From the NCBI RefSeq assembly GCF_006345805.1, contig NC_043014.1, positions 20,646,001 to 20,710,000 of the forward strand: a stretch of 64,000 bases of DNA, in the 5' to 3' direction. Every line of letters starts with the position of its first letter. Positions within the stretch are counted from its first letter, which is position 1. The notes beneath the pieces were generated by a model, which saw nothing but the letters and a program-made list of their open reading frames with translations, did not search any database and had not been told where the DNA came from. Made by a program: the position numbers and the translations under genes. The DNA comes from Octopus sinensis. Lineage: Eukaryota. Positions 38,330 to 52,011 of this stretch are shown here, piece after piece.

Positions 38330-39515
38330 TTTTTTAGCCTTAATGGGTATAGTTAATCAATATATCCTCTCGTTATTTATATAATGCCATCTATCTGACA
38401 AATTGATGATCCCTTGGGGGTAAAATTCTCCTGGTTTCCAAGCAAAGAAACGCTAAATATCATTTTTAACCTCTTCACAATTTATAAACAGTTTTCCATC
38501 AAAATAATGTTACAACGACCTGAAAAGTTGAGTTGGATGTGATTAGATCAGAAGAGTAAGAAGATCCGGCAGAACGTCCATATTTAGCTCCATAACCTTT
38601 TCCTGGGTCATTTGAGCTATATACCGTCTTGGATCAGCGTGTAAGAGCAACACGCCTTTGCGACTGACCAATAATGGTCGCCTTTTCTGCAAAATCTTTT
38701 TCGCAATGCTTCCAATTAATGGCAATGCTTTGCATTATCTGTTTCATTTTGATTTAATGCTTCATGGTAGATTACACACTTCTTATTCCACCAAACATAG
38801 AACATAACTTTTTTCGGCTATAGTTCTAGTTGGTTTAGAGATTACTCTTTTCATTACGTGCCAAACATTGTCATTTTCGTTCGATTGGGTTATGGAAAAC
38901 TCACTTTTTAACTTGTGTGATGATTAAGCTAAGGAAAAGTTTGGCAACGAGTCTTCTCTTCAATGATGAACAGAGAACAACTCTTTATTTTAAGTGTGAA
39001 GCAGTCAGAGGACAAGTGATCCACTGGTCAAGTTTAAACATTCACCTAGTTCAAGAATTTGTTTATGACTGAATTGTAACTTGAAAAGTATTGCTAATAC
39101 ATATGCAGTCTGCTACATTCTTCAGGAGCTCAAGATTGACAGAACTTTATCGAACAAATCGAGGAGAATCTGCGAGAGAAAAATTTCCCAATCGAAACCA
39201 CTCAAACCATTACTGACATGTCCGGACGCTTAAAGCTCCATTTCCAAAGACACAATGGATACTTTTTTTGCTTTTATTGCTGAAGTGCTGCCTTTGGATT
39301 CCTACAGCATGCAGTGTATGATATGAATCTAATCTAAGCACATTTGAAAACGGTGAATTCGATAAGAATTTTACATCTATAGTATAAAGTAATCTTCAAA
39401 GATAAAAATAACATTGGAATAGAAAAAAATTATTGCATATTTTACCGTAAGTATTGAAATAGTACCCTCAAAATGATCGTGTCAAAAAGGAGACAGGGCT
39501 TTCTTTCCAACCTAA
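38330..39515 (-). mobile_element. Decayed mariner, same family as 5440-6675
   Basis: KRRPLLVSRKGVLLLHAD..; shared 5' terminal region. Confidence 0.75.
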
Positions 39516-39663
39516 CACACATCTATATCTTATACACACACACACACACACCTGTGTGTATATGTATGTATGTATAAATGTCTATGCATGTTATGTGTAT
39601 ATGTATAAATGTCAGCCTGTATTAAGATATGCATTTAATATGTACTTGTATCTTTATGAGGTA

Positions 39664-40178
39664 CTAGCAGTATCGCCCGGCGTTGCCCGGGTTTGTAAGG
39701 GAAATAACTATATAAGCATTTTTAGAGAGTTACTTCCCTTATAGATGCCAATTCGGGCTTTCTTAGCCATTTCTGTTTTGGTGTCTTCAAGCCATGAAGC
39801 CGTTGTTCTAAAAGAACGCTGGTCTCCTTGACAACGCATTACGACGTTGATTTCCTTAAACTCCCTTCCCCACAGCTTCACGAGGGAGGGAAGAAGGGGG
39901 AGAAGCAAACACAGGTGCAGGTGTTTGATCGTGGACGCCAACTCCGCCGCCATCGACACACGAAAAATTATGCATTAAAATGGAATAAAAAATGATGTTA
40001 AATTATTTTTAAAATCGTAGACTCATCGTACGCGCGCTAATAGCCAGACGGGCTCGATATTAATCACGACTATAAGATACCCGAATTTGGTTAAACTGCA
40101 CCGCAAAATGTGGGAGGAGTTAGGAATCTAAATCGAAGGGGACAGACACTCACACAACTACAGTTTTATATATATAGA
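39664..40178 (-). mobile_element. Non-autonomous Helitron (long variant)
   Basis: A|TCTATATATATAAAACTG start, CCCGGGCAACGCCGGG hairpin + CTAG|T end; matches 43616-44040. Confidence 0.85.
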
Positions 40179-40359
40179 TTTGGTAACATGAACAATTTTA
40201 GAATGACAGAGAGATAACGTAAAACAAATTTATAATGCTAGATTTTTGAAAGAATGCAGCAATCAGTATTTCTTCTTACCAGGCAGTATCTGCCATTTCA
40301 TTTACTGTACCAATACAGGTGCGAACAAATAAGATATTCGTCTGGTTCTATAACACAAA

Positions 40360-40522
40360 ATCAGCAATTTGGGGGAGGAGTTGAGTCAACTGGTACGTAT
40401 TTTATCGACCCCGAAAGTCAAAGTCGGCCTCGGCGGGATTTGAACTCAGAACGTAAAGACAGACGAAATACCGCTAAGCATTTTACCTAATGTGCTAACA
40501 ATTCTCCCAGCGCACTGCCTTC
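40360..40522 (-). mobile_element. SINE family 2 copy
   Basis: AAAGTCGGCCTCGGCGGGATTTGAACTCAGAACGT..CGCTAAGCATT. Confidence 0.75.
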
Positions 40523-42081
40523 CATTTTATGGATATTAAAAAAATAAAATCCTGACATCAACTAGAAACTTACAGAGAAAGAGTGATATCGATAAGCTCT
40601 ATTTTAAAAGAAAAAGCAGAGGAAGTGACTTAAGATTAGACTAGACAACCTATGAGTGTTGCATGACATCACTCACACAGCAGTTGACAAACAACTACAA
40701 CAAAAACAAATAACATTAACCGAATGTTGAAAACTGAAGGGAACCATGCCCTGTTGGCCAGGAGTGAAACCCTTTAAAATTAATCAGTTAGTGGTGACAT
40801 CTCATGAATTTAAAGACTTACTAGTCTCGCTACACGAACAAATGTATGGTGGAGTGGATAGAAGCCTTCTACATACCAAATATAGCCTAAACTTTAGCAA
40901 AGAGAAATGATATATTGTATTAAGTAGCCTTAGGTAGACTGTGTTTGTAAAAATGACTACGCGATCATGGCAAACTTAAGGTTGCTTCACACTTGATAAT
41001 TGTGCGAATGTTAGCATGTTATGAGTAGGCCTGTCAGTTTTACAACACCATTGTATGACTATTTAATCCGGGTGTACGAGACAGCTTCAAAAATTTAATA
41101 AACAAAAGAGTCTGTAAAGCTTTTAAACCCACGAAATATGTCCGAAAATATTAATTTTGTCAAATATCTATGGAAAATAGTACAAACAGGATCATCAGCT
41201 GCTCTAAATCACCATTATAACTTATTATCTTTCGATGCAGTATAATATTGTTGTTGAAACACTATCTAAAGCCATCCAAAGAAATGACTGCCCTAGGATA
41301 AAATAGAAAAGTTTTTTTTCTAATACTGAGTATATAAACATTTCTCTGGTGTGTATGTCTTTGTGCGTGTATGTCTTTTTACCTATGTGTGTATGTCTTT
41401 GTGCCTGTTCAACACCACCGCTTGAAAACCAGTGCTGGTTTGTTTACGTTCCCGCAAACCAACGGTTCGGCAAAAGTAACCGATAGAATAAGTTAGCAGA
41501 CATTAAATGAAAATGAATACTAGGCATGATTTGTTCGGCTAAACCTTTGAATGTACTGCCTTAACATAAGCAATAACCTAAAGACTGAACCTAGAGAAAG
41601 AGATAAATGATAAAAATAGCACACGAAATATTGATGGAACATTCTCACCAAGTGAAAAACATAGACAAAAAAAAAACCATGTACTGCAAAATTGGTCAGC
41701 CTCTCAAGTAAATGTGAAGAATATTTCCTTGAAATCAGTAAGAGAGAGAATATTCACCGACATCTTCACACAATATCATAGATGCCGCTGGTTAAGTTTG
41801 TAGGTATTTAATTAGTAATTAGTAATCTCGGAAAGATAGATTATTCCGGCAAATAAATTAACCAACAAACATACGTTTTGTAAAATCAATATGTAAGTAG
41901 AACAATAAAAATATATGAAAACTTTCTAAAATTCAGTATGTAAATTTTACTGTTGCTGTTGTTTATATTCAAGGAATGGTGTCTTGTTTCTTTGTTAGAA
42001 ATCAGTTCCTTCTTTATAAGAAGAATTTAATGAGAGAGATAACTTATATTAAATCTCTGAGCGACTGATAAACAGTAACAA

Positions 42082-42589
42082 TACGGAATCGTAAAATGTA
42101 TTTGCCAACTAAATGTGGTGGTCTATAAAGGACGATGTTACTGTTGTTTTTAGCCCCAATAAGACATCTCCTCCAGCTGGACAACGAACGACACAGTCTG
42201 CGGCCGATTAGTATTTGCGAGGGAGATCTTCGCTCCCATCTCTAGCCTTATGTGATACACACAGCCTCGGGTTTCTGGGTAGTTACCCGTCTTCAGTGTG
42301 TGCTAATCGCTGGCTCGTGATAAAGAACTCATTCCACTCGCAAAATACTATATCACTAGCCAGTGATTGACACACACTGAAGACAGGTGACTATCCAGAA
42401 ACCCGGGACTCGGTGTATCACGTAAGGATAGAGATGGGAGCGATGACCTCCGTCGCAAATACTAATCGGACACAGACTTATGTCGTTGGCCGGCTGGAGG
42501 AAAAGTCTTCCTGGGGCTAAAAACAGAAATAACATCACCCTCTATAGAACAGCCACATTTACTTGGCAAATATATTTTACGATTCCGTA
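42082..42589. mobile_element. Palindromic MITE/foldback element (~240 bp arms, ~28 bp loop)
   Basis: TACGGAATCGTAAAAT ... ATTTTACGATTCCGTA; arms roughly 80% complementary throughout. Confidence 0.85.
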
Positions 42590-43133
42590 ATATGTATATA
42601 CATATGTATATATATAAACAGAAGAATTTGACTGATTGCATATATATGCAGATATCTATTTGCCTTGAATAATACTATGGTGGTATTTATTGGTCTTCAG
42701 TGTTGCTACTATATTGTTAATTGTGTGATATATGTATTGTTTTATTAGTAATGATGTTATTAGTAGTAAGAATATTGATATTGATAACATTATTGTTATT
42801 GATAACGGTATTGGTATTAGCATTATTGACTTTTTGTAAAGTAACACAAATTAATATAATGCACTGTTTACTATATATGTCTGCATTAAGTATGAATATA
42901 TCTATGTTCTCTACGTTGTAATTTCTTAATATTAGTTGAGGAACTGTAACATTCAATATAGAACATCATTATGTTTATCGATTTATATTGATTTATATTA
43001 TTCATATTATTATGTATATGTATATGTGTATATATATAAGGATATGAGTATATATGCACTCATATTTATATGCAAATGATTTTTGGGTATGTACTCATAC
43101 TTATATAGGTATATGTGTAACTTGGTTTATACC

Positions 43134-43257
43134 TTAGAATCTCCGAAGAGGCCGTAAGATATTTTTGTTAATGTCTCATTTATACCTGCAATATATGGCT
43201 AATTTAGGTTAAATGAGACATACTTATCTGCATGGCCGAAACAGCTGTCAGTTATAA
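43134..43257 (+). ncRNA. Hammerhead ribozyme-like motif with 88-nt stem II
   Basis: CU-CCGAAGA-GGCC..(80 nt with 12-bp inner helix)..GGCC-GAAACAGCUGUC-AG; palindromic stem III, GUC triplet. Confidence 0.7.
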
Positions 43258-43615
43258 TGTATATGTATTTTTATATCTTTTTATATTTATTTAGTTATAT
43301 CTCATTATAATGATTGTAATTATTGTACTGTATTAATGTCTAATCTTAATGCTCTTGTGTAGAGTTTTAATAAGGTATGTGATTCGGTATTATCTGATAG
43401 TTGATGAATGATTTAGATATATTTCTCCATTTTCTTATTTTGTATACATATGTATATATATATATACATGTATATGTATATACATGTATATAAATATTAC
43501 ATGCATATAAATATACATATAAATATATACATATATATATATATATGTATATATATACATGTATATATATATTTATATATACATATATACATACATGTAT
43601 ATATATATATATATA

Positions 43616-44348
43616 TCTATATATATAAAACTGTAGTTGTGTGAGTGTCTGTCCCCTTCGATTTAGATTCCTAACTACTCCCACATTTTGCGGTGCAGTT
43701 TAACCAAATTCGGGTATCTTATAGTCGTGATTCATATCGTGCCCGTCTGGGTATTAGCGCGCGTCTACGGTGAGTCTACGATTTTAAAAATAATTTAACA
43801 TCATTTTTTATTCCATTTTAATGCATATTTTTTCGTGTGTCGATGGCGGCGGAGTTGGCGTCCATGGTCACACCTGCACCTATGTTGCTTCTCCCCCTTC
43901 TTCCCTCCCTCGTGAAGCTGTGGGGAAGGGAGTGTAAGGAAATCAACGTCGTAAAGCGTTGTCAAGGAGACCAGCGTTCTTTTAGAACAACGACTTCATG
44001 GCTTGAAGTCGGCAAAACAGAAATCGCTAAAAAAGCTGAAACATCCACAAAAACGGCACAAATCTTTATATATAAAAGTGAAGTTGTGTGTCTGTGTCCT
44101 ACGATTTAGATTCCTAACTACTCCCACATTTTGCGGTGCAGTTTAACCAAAACCGGGTATCTTCTAGTCGTGATTCATATCGAGCCCTTCTGGGTATTAG
44201 CGCGCGTCTACGATGAGTCTACGATTTTTTAAAACATTTACCATCATTTTTTATTCCATTTTTAATGCATTTTTTGCTATAACTCTCTAAAAATGCTTAT
44301 ATAGTTATTTCCCTTACAAATCCGAGCAACGCCGGGTGATACTGCTAG
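43616..44348 (+). mobile_element. Composite Helitron with two 5' ends and one 3' end
   Basis: Heads at 43616 and 44063; single CCGAGCAACGCCGGG hairpin + CTAG|T. Confidence 0.85.
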
Positions 44349-44386
<38 letters not shown>

Positions 44387-44460
44387 ATATATATTATATA
44401 TATATATAAGAAATACTAAATTTCTAAATCTCTCGTAGAGACATGTACGGTGGTGGGGCG

Positions 44461-44833
44461 ATAGAATGGTTGTATACTGTCAATCTAACACGAACGTGAC
44501 AGTAGGGGGATACACCACCGCTGTATAGCCCTAGGAAGCATCGACGCCTCCTGATGGCTTTGACACATTTTTCGCTGTGTCCTTATATACATTTACGAAG
44601 GGGAGACAAACACCCCCGCCGCCGGAGCTGCATCTAGGGACACGTGTTTCAGGATCATTGTCCTTAGCTCCGGCGGCCGGGGTGTTTGTCTCCCCTTCGT
44701 AAATGTATATAAGGACACAGGGGAAAATGTGTCAAAGCCATCAGGCGGCGTCGATGCTTCCTAGGGCTATACAGCGGTGGTGTACCCCCTACTGTCACGT
44801 TCGTGTTAGATTGACAGTATACAACCATTCTAT
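44461..44833. mobile_element. Near-perfect palindromic MITE (~168 bp arms)
   Basis: ATAGAATGGTTGTATACTGTCAAT ... ATTGACAGTATACAACCATTCTAT; only a few mismatches; superfamily not assigned. Confidence 0.9.
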
Positions 44834-44938
44834 ATATATATATCTACATGTATATATATACATATATATACATATATATATATACATATATATACATGTA
44901 TATATACATATATGTATGTATATATACATATATACATG

Positions 44939-44982
<44 letters not shown>

Positions 44983-45044
44983 TACTTATTTATATATGTA
45001 TATATACACATATATACACACACACATGTATTTATATACGCACA

Positions 45045-45492
45045 TATTCTTTTACTTGTTTAAGTCATCTGACAGCGTCCATGCTGGAGCACCACCTTTA
45101 GTCGAGCAAGTTGACCCCGGAGCTTATTCTTTGTAAGCCTATTCCTTATTCTATCGGTGTCCTTTGCCGAACCGCCAATTTACGAGGACGTAAGCACACC
45201 AGTATCGGTTGCCAAGCGATGTTGGGGGGACTAACACAGACACACAAACATATGCACAAACATACATATAAAAATGCATATGTGTATGTGTGTGTGTGAG
45301 TGTATATATACACACACAAATATATATATTTACATATACGACGGGCTTCTTCCAGTTTCCGTCTACCAAATCAACTCACAAGGCTTTGGTCGGCCCGAGG
45401 TTTTAGTAGAAGGCACATACCCAAGTTGCCATGCAGTGGGCCTGTACCCAGGACCATTGGTTGTTAAGCAAGCAACTTATCACACAGCCATA
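45045..45492 (-). mobile_element. SINE family 1 copy
   Basis: CTTTTACTTGTTT..CCATGCTGGAGCACC..TTTCCGTCTACCAAATC..CACACAGCCA. Confidence 0.85.
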
Positions 45493-45706
45493 CACATATA
45501 TACACACATACAAATATTTATACATATATATATACATAAATATACATAATATCTATATACACATATATATACATGTATATATATACATCTACACATATAC
45601 ATCTATACATATGCATCTATACATATACATCTATGGATATACATCTATGTATACATAAATATATATGAGCAGATGTATATACACGTATATACATGCATAT
45701 ATATAC

Positions 45707-45751
<45 letters not shown>

Positions 45752-45827
45752 ACATATATATCTATATATACAAATAATAGATATATGTATATATGTATGT
45801 ATGCATGTATGTATGTATGTATGTATG

Positions 45828-45861
<34 letters not shown>

Positions 45862-46099
45862 TGCATGTATATATGTAAGTGAGGTAATAGTTTCAGTATA
45901 GATATCAAAAGTATTAAAACTGAAAATATCTCACATTAAAATAGAGACGTGTGATTCGATCTAGAAACTTTCACAGAGTGAGAAAATCCGGAAGTGAACA
46001 CTATTAAATTTATTACTAATGTAGGATAAAATTTTTTTTAGAAAAAAAATTCTATCAATAGCCAGCATATCAAAAAATACCTTTAAAGGTTAAATTTAT

Positions 46100-46420
46100 A
46101 AATAACTTATAAAATAAGGCAAAAGAAAAAAACTCTAATCTCCTTTGCTGTAGGATCCCCTGACTTCAAAGCACTTGAAATGCTCCAAGCACTTCGTGAA
46201 GGCCCCATGGATGTCTTCCAAATTGAAGGTGTCAAGGAGATTGTCACGGCTTCCGTCTTCTTAATGTCTATAGAATGATTGCTACTGAAATTCTCCTTCA
46301 GCTTGGTGAACAACCAAAAGTCGCAAGGAACAAGTTCTGGACTGTAAGGTGGAGGGATGGTTCTGATGACCAACTCTGTCAAGTAGCTGGTTACCAAGAT
46401 GGAATTGTGATAAGCTGTGT
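46100..46420 (-). mobile_element. Mariner transposase C-terminal remnant
   Basis: PPPYSPELVPCDFWLFTKLKE. Confidence 0.75.
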
Positions 46421-48738
46421 TTAGAAGGCAGTGACAAATAGTGTTTTGTAGGGTGTGTTCAAGTGCTATTACAACCATCTCTTTCAATCTGGAATAGAAT
46501 TTTGGCATGTCACCTAACTAGATGCATAATAATGTTATACTAAAAGTACAAAAAGCTAGGGCAGTTATAACAGCCTCTTCTGAGAAAGTTTGAAGTGTTC
46601 CTCTTATATACCTACCAAAAGCAATGTGCATGAAGTAGCCAGCTATCATTTTTGAGAATATTTGTAAGAATACATTTGTAAATGAAGCACGAAACAGTAA
46701 AACTGATGACTACACAAGCAGAGATGTTGATAACATAGCATAGTACATGAAGACATTTAATTGTTAAATTTATGAATATGAGAACTTGAAAGGAGAACAA
46801 GACACAAATCCAATTCTAAAAGCTTCTTATGGATTTAGAATAACATGCAATAACAATTGTAGTTGTCAATATTTTTGTCGAATATGTACACTATCAATAC
46901 TATTAAAAAAAAACCTACCTGAAGCATAATATGTAGTTAAATGCAGAAGGTATGCATATATGACATTGCATATATATACGTTATTAAATCTTTATGCAAA
47001 AGAGTACTTATATTTTTCTCCAATAATGAAAATATTTCTCAAGGAACTGACACATATTAAACTAACCTTTCTAATCAATAATGTGTAACAAAGAGAATAG
47101 AACAATCTAAGAAATCAACCAAAATGCAATTCACTATCAAACACAACTACACAAAACATTTCTTACGTGCAATATTGGGATTTTGGAGATGTTCTTATTT
47201 GGCAACTGACTTTACCTGTGACAGTTTGTTAAAAATGAAATAATTACATCGTGGCTGAGTCAGATACTGCTTGGTTTTACTTTACACGAGTAGTATACAC
47301 AGTTGAATAAAATATTTCGCTGCGCCAGAGTACTGACAACTATTCTACTGCATTTCTTTGGGATTAGTTGTTAGTAGGTTCTTACGGGTCCCAAGGGAGA
47401 TATGTCTCTTTAAAAATAAAGACTGTTTTATCGGTGTTAGAATCGCTAAAGAAACCAGCAGCATTTTTTATGATATGGTGTTAAAAACAACTAAGACAGA
47501 ATTAGTAATCTCAAATATAACTGTAGACCTGTGCTACTGATTTGTTGACAATAACCATTTAATTAAAATGGTTGCATAGACTGACTATCGAAAGAATTTG
47601 TGTTACTCTGTCTTTATACTTTATAACACAGAGAATTCTGTCCACGATAGTATATAAGTCGCTTTTGTCTGTTCTAATAGACACTCCAATATTACCTGAA
47701 CTGGATATTGAGTCATGGAAAGAGAATATAGTCATCAATGAAGTAGTTAAGCCCATACACATGCCAGCAACCAGGAAATTAGGAAACACTCAGCTACGTC
47801 TGAAGTTAGCAAATTAAAAATTTTAATGACGGACCTCGTAAAAGTAATAAAAATGTGTTACAGTAGTGTTGACTTCATGAGCTGTGGGAAATGTACAATG
47901 CCTTGCAATTATAGATGCGATTATCCGCAAAGAAATAAAATCTGCATTAATAAGTGAACAAAGAAGATAGGTGAAGATATTAGAAAAAAATGAAGCTGAT
48001 GAGATATACCTACTGTACCATAGGAATAGTGTTAGTGGCAACATATCTTAGGTCAGGACGTAATACAATAACATAATATTTCGATGTATAATGTCATAGA
48101 TACAACGTATAATTGCTATTGGGTTTTAAAGAATCCTCTGAGAATATTATCAACATTAAAGTCAATGGTAAAGCAAATCTATCTATTATCTCTTGTTTTG
48201 TATTTTTGTTTTTTTTCACAAATCAATATATTATACACAACTCGTACTATTTATAAACTAATGGAATCGCAATTCACGTAAAGTTTGTGGGAAAACTATG
48301 AATAAATCTGCGTGGGAGACAACTTGGAAACGCTGCAACAAATGGAAATCATCTATTTGTTACTATGACAGTTGGCGCTAGAGAGACGCGATGCCTCATT
48401 GTGAAGACTCAGTGTAGACAACATCGTTTCTACATTTCCTGAAGACTTAATGCTAAGCCAGGTCATTAAATTAATCTTCGTACAGAAACACGAAACTAGA
48501 TTCTATCTTAAATCCATATAGAGTATTACCATACCACCTACTTTGAGATGTACTGATGTTATTCCTCTCAATTCGATACATAATATCTTACTATATGACT
48601 AATTTTAACATTTATAACTATCATGGCCGTCTCCCAGCTTAGCCATAGCCCACGGGATGAGACTTGTAAAAGTGTACATCTAAAATTACGAGCTTTATTT
48701 TCACAACTGTGTTAAATTCTACATAGTTCCAGTATGAA

Positions 48739-48778
<40 letters not shown>

Positions 48779-48784
48779 ACATAT

Positions 48785-48879
48785 ACCGCTAAATCCACGG
48801 TTTTTTTTCGCTCTCTCTCTCTCTCTCCCTCACTCTCTCTCCCTCATTCTCTCTCCCTCTCTCTCTCTCTCTTTCTCTA

Positions 48880-48965
<86 letters not shown>

Positions 48966-49087
48966 TATTCTTTTCTGTTGAAGAGCGTAGGTTCAAAACG
49001 TAAAAGATTTTTCGTTTTCCCGAACGTCAAAGTAATGTGGTTGTTCATACACCTGTCTTCATTTTTGGTATTTCTATAAATTTCAAC
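48785..49087 (+). mobile_element. Second copy of the CUGUUGA-hammerhead element, with (CT)n expansion
   Basis: CUGUUGAAGAGCGUAGGUUCAAAACGUAAAAGA at 48975-49007 (GAAA core mutated) and downstream similarity to 25905-26000. Confidence 0.65.
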
Positions 49088-49091
49088 TAGG

Positions 49092-49122
<31 letters not shown>

Positions 49123-49146
49123 TTTTATTGTATCGCATTTATCTTT

Positions 49147-49183
<37 letters not shown>

Positions 49184-49324
49184 TACATATATTTATATAT
49201 ATTGTTTATATATATATGTATATAAATATACATATATAATATATATATGTGTGTGTGCGTGCGTGCGCATTCGTGCGTTATAGGCACAGGTGTATAAATA
49301 AGTACGTATATATATATATATGGT

Positions 49325-49497
49325 ATAGGCGCAGGTTTGATTGTATGCTAAGCTTGCTTCTCAGCTACATGCTTCTCAGTTCCGTTGCGTGGCACCTTGG
49401 GTAAGTGCCTTCTACTATAGCCTCGGGGTGACCAAAGCCTTGTGGGTAGATCTGATAGGCGGAAATTGAAAAAAGCATGTCGTATGTGTGTGTTTGT

Positions 49498-49534
<37 letters not shown>

Positions 49535-49560
49535 GTGTGTGTGTGTGTGTGTGTGTGTTA
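49325..49560 (+). mobile_element. SINE family 1, 5' half
   Basis: AGGCGCAGG..GCGTGGCACCTTGGG..TTCTACTATAGCCTCGGG. Confidence 0.75.
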
Positions 49561-49599
49561 CAAAAGATAAGAATCGACTGCATAAAACAGATGATTGCA

Positions 49600-51300
49600 A
49601 GAGTGAATTATAGTATAGAGTAGATATTTCAGCAGGACAACTTAGATTAAAGTAGATAAGGATTCATGAAAAATTAAATAAAGTAGTAGGTATTAAAAAA
49701 AGTATGTATAGCATAAACAAAAATACTAATAAAAGAATACTACAAGCACTTCCGCGCTTAAGAAGATTTTTCACCTTAAATAATAATGTTTATGGCATTA
49801 AGGGGAAAACAGATTTCACAAGAATACGCCATAGACATAGATAAGATACTCAATAAAGAATAATCTTAAATATTTTAAAAGTCCATTTCTGAAAATATTA
49901 GAATATTTGGCAACAGCCGAGGTCGACTTTGCCTTTCATCCTTTCGGGGTCGATTAAATAAGTACCAGTTACGCACTGGGTCGATATAATCTGCTTAATC
50001 CGTTTGTCTGTCCTTGTTTGTTCCCTCTGTGTGTAGCCTCTTGTGGGCAGTAAAGAAATAAGAATATTTGACAGCATAAGAAATCGATAATCGATCTGCT
50101 CAAAAACATGAACTTTGTCTAAACAGCTTCAGGAACTAGAAACAAGCTTTCATTAAAGACATTCAACATTTGAAGTAGTTGTTATTTGATATATAGCACA
50201 GCTAGTTAGTCTCCAATTTCAAGACATCCTTAGACAACCTGGATATACTTCGATGGTCTCTTTAGTGCTAGAACACTAAAAGACCAACAGCTGGGCCATG
50301 TAACCTTTAGTCATATCGCTTTTCTACCAGCAGTATATAGGCTGCTCCCTAAAAAATTGTCCAATAGGAATGAATGAACATTTACAAAAACAATCCAATT
50401 TCATTCCAGTAGAAGAGATATGCCCAAGTCATATGAAACAGCTGGGAGACACCTTACTAACAAGATGTTATTCTACGTTACGGATGTATGCATAAATAAT
50501 CATATGCTTTGATTGCTTTCAAGAAGGCCTTTTATTTAACCCAGGTGAATAAAATTACACAAATTTGATTACACCAAGGTGAACGTCATTAAAATAAAAT
50601 CAAAAAGGGACAGACTGTTATTACGGTATCCAGCAATACTGTAAATTTAAACTCTATGAGACCAGCATATTTGGTCTTCATTTCATTCTATAATTGTTGC
50701 TATGGACAGAGCGAAGAAGAATGTAAATTTGAGTTATTATAAGGATAAATAGAGTACCAGGCTCTTCCGCCATTTTTCCTTCGTCAATAGCCTGAAATTT
50801 TACTCATCAAATAGGACTGGTATTGAAAGCCTCCTCATTATTGTGAATCAATGAAGAAAGGGGCGTTAAAATGACTTTTGGAGAGGAAGAACGCAGGATA
50901 ATATCAGTGAAGTAGACTAGTAAAGGGAGAAAATTCAGAACTCCAATGAAGCACGATCATTCAGAAACCGAACAATTCTCTTTTCTATAAATACTTAGAC
51001 ATAGATACAAGTAAATCTGTAAGTCTGAAAGGTGTGCAATCAAGAAAGAAAAGTTAATATTTTGACTATTAAAATTTTATGTTTAAAATCATGTCAATAG
51101 TAAAAATATTATCTGTGTCATTCACACACCCATAGTGTCATAACACAGCACTCTAACGTAGGGGTTTGAAACGTAACTGACCTGAATTCTATCGACCGTA
51201 ACATTAAAAAATCTAAAAGATCACGTACCACATAATTCGAACATTAACTGATTAAGGTAGAGGACAACTACGCATCAGGGAGCAATTTGTGAAGATACTT
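49600..51300 (+). mobile_element. Very decayed R4/Dong-like RT remnant
   Basis: Colinear motif ghosts SHIAFLPAVYRLL (~50310), IAFKKAF (~50512), SLKFYSSNRTGIESLL (~50790), KMTFG (~50870), FYKYL (~50985). Confidence 0.55.
49910..50060 (+). mobile_element. 5'-truncated SINE family 2 with 10-bp TSD
   Basis: GCCGAGGTCGACTTTGCCTTTCATCCTTTCGGGGTCG..; AGAATATTTG at 49900-49909 and 50061-50070. Confidence 0.9.
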
Positions 51301-52011
51301 TTTAATTGCATACTATATTCCCATCTCCCAAAACAGCATACTAAATTGGTAGCAAATTGATTATCACCACAGTAAACAAATTCACTCAAGAAATTGGATT
51401 GGATTTTCAACTGCTAAAATCTAAAATGCCATATTGATAGTATAAAAGGTAACCGCAGTGAACAACCATAAAATAATTTCAATGCGTAATCAATACTTCC
51501 GAGAACTGAATGCCTTGAAAGTTTTTATTCACCCTTGAGCATTTTCCTTAACACTTGAACACTTTTGTTATCTTTAATAGTTGTACGCATTGAAGAAGGA
51601 AAAATTAATTAAAATTGCGTTTGACCCTTATTTCCTAGAATGTTTCTAATACTTCACCATTTATAGTGCACAAATCTTGTGCCCAAATCATGGAATATGC
51701 AATAAGAGCGGAGGAAGATGAATCATTTCAGTATTCCTTGGAACTAACAGAATAAATTCTTGGTGTTATTTGGTTTGCATCATTTTTTTTATGATTCCAT
51801 TAAAATAGTTCTTTGTTGAAAATATAATAATATTTTATTTCAGTCCTGCATGTCCACATCTTCATTTTGATTAAGTCACACTGTGAGCTGGGTTTATGTT
51901 GTTTGAGCACTGTCAAGGGCTTCTTGTTTATTACTTTCATGAAAGTAAAATAATTGTTGATCAAAGGCATAGGTGACCTCATTACCGTTGTGGAAGCTAG
52001 CTGATTCATCA

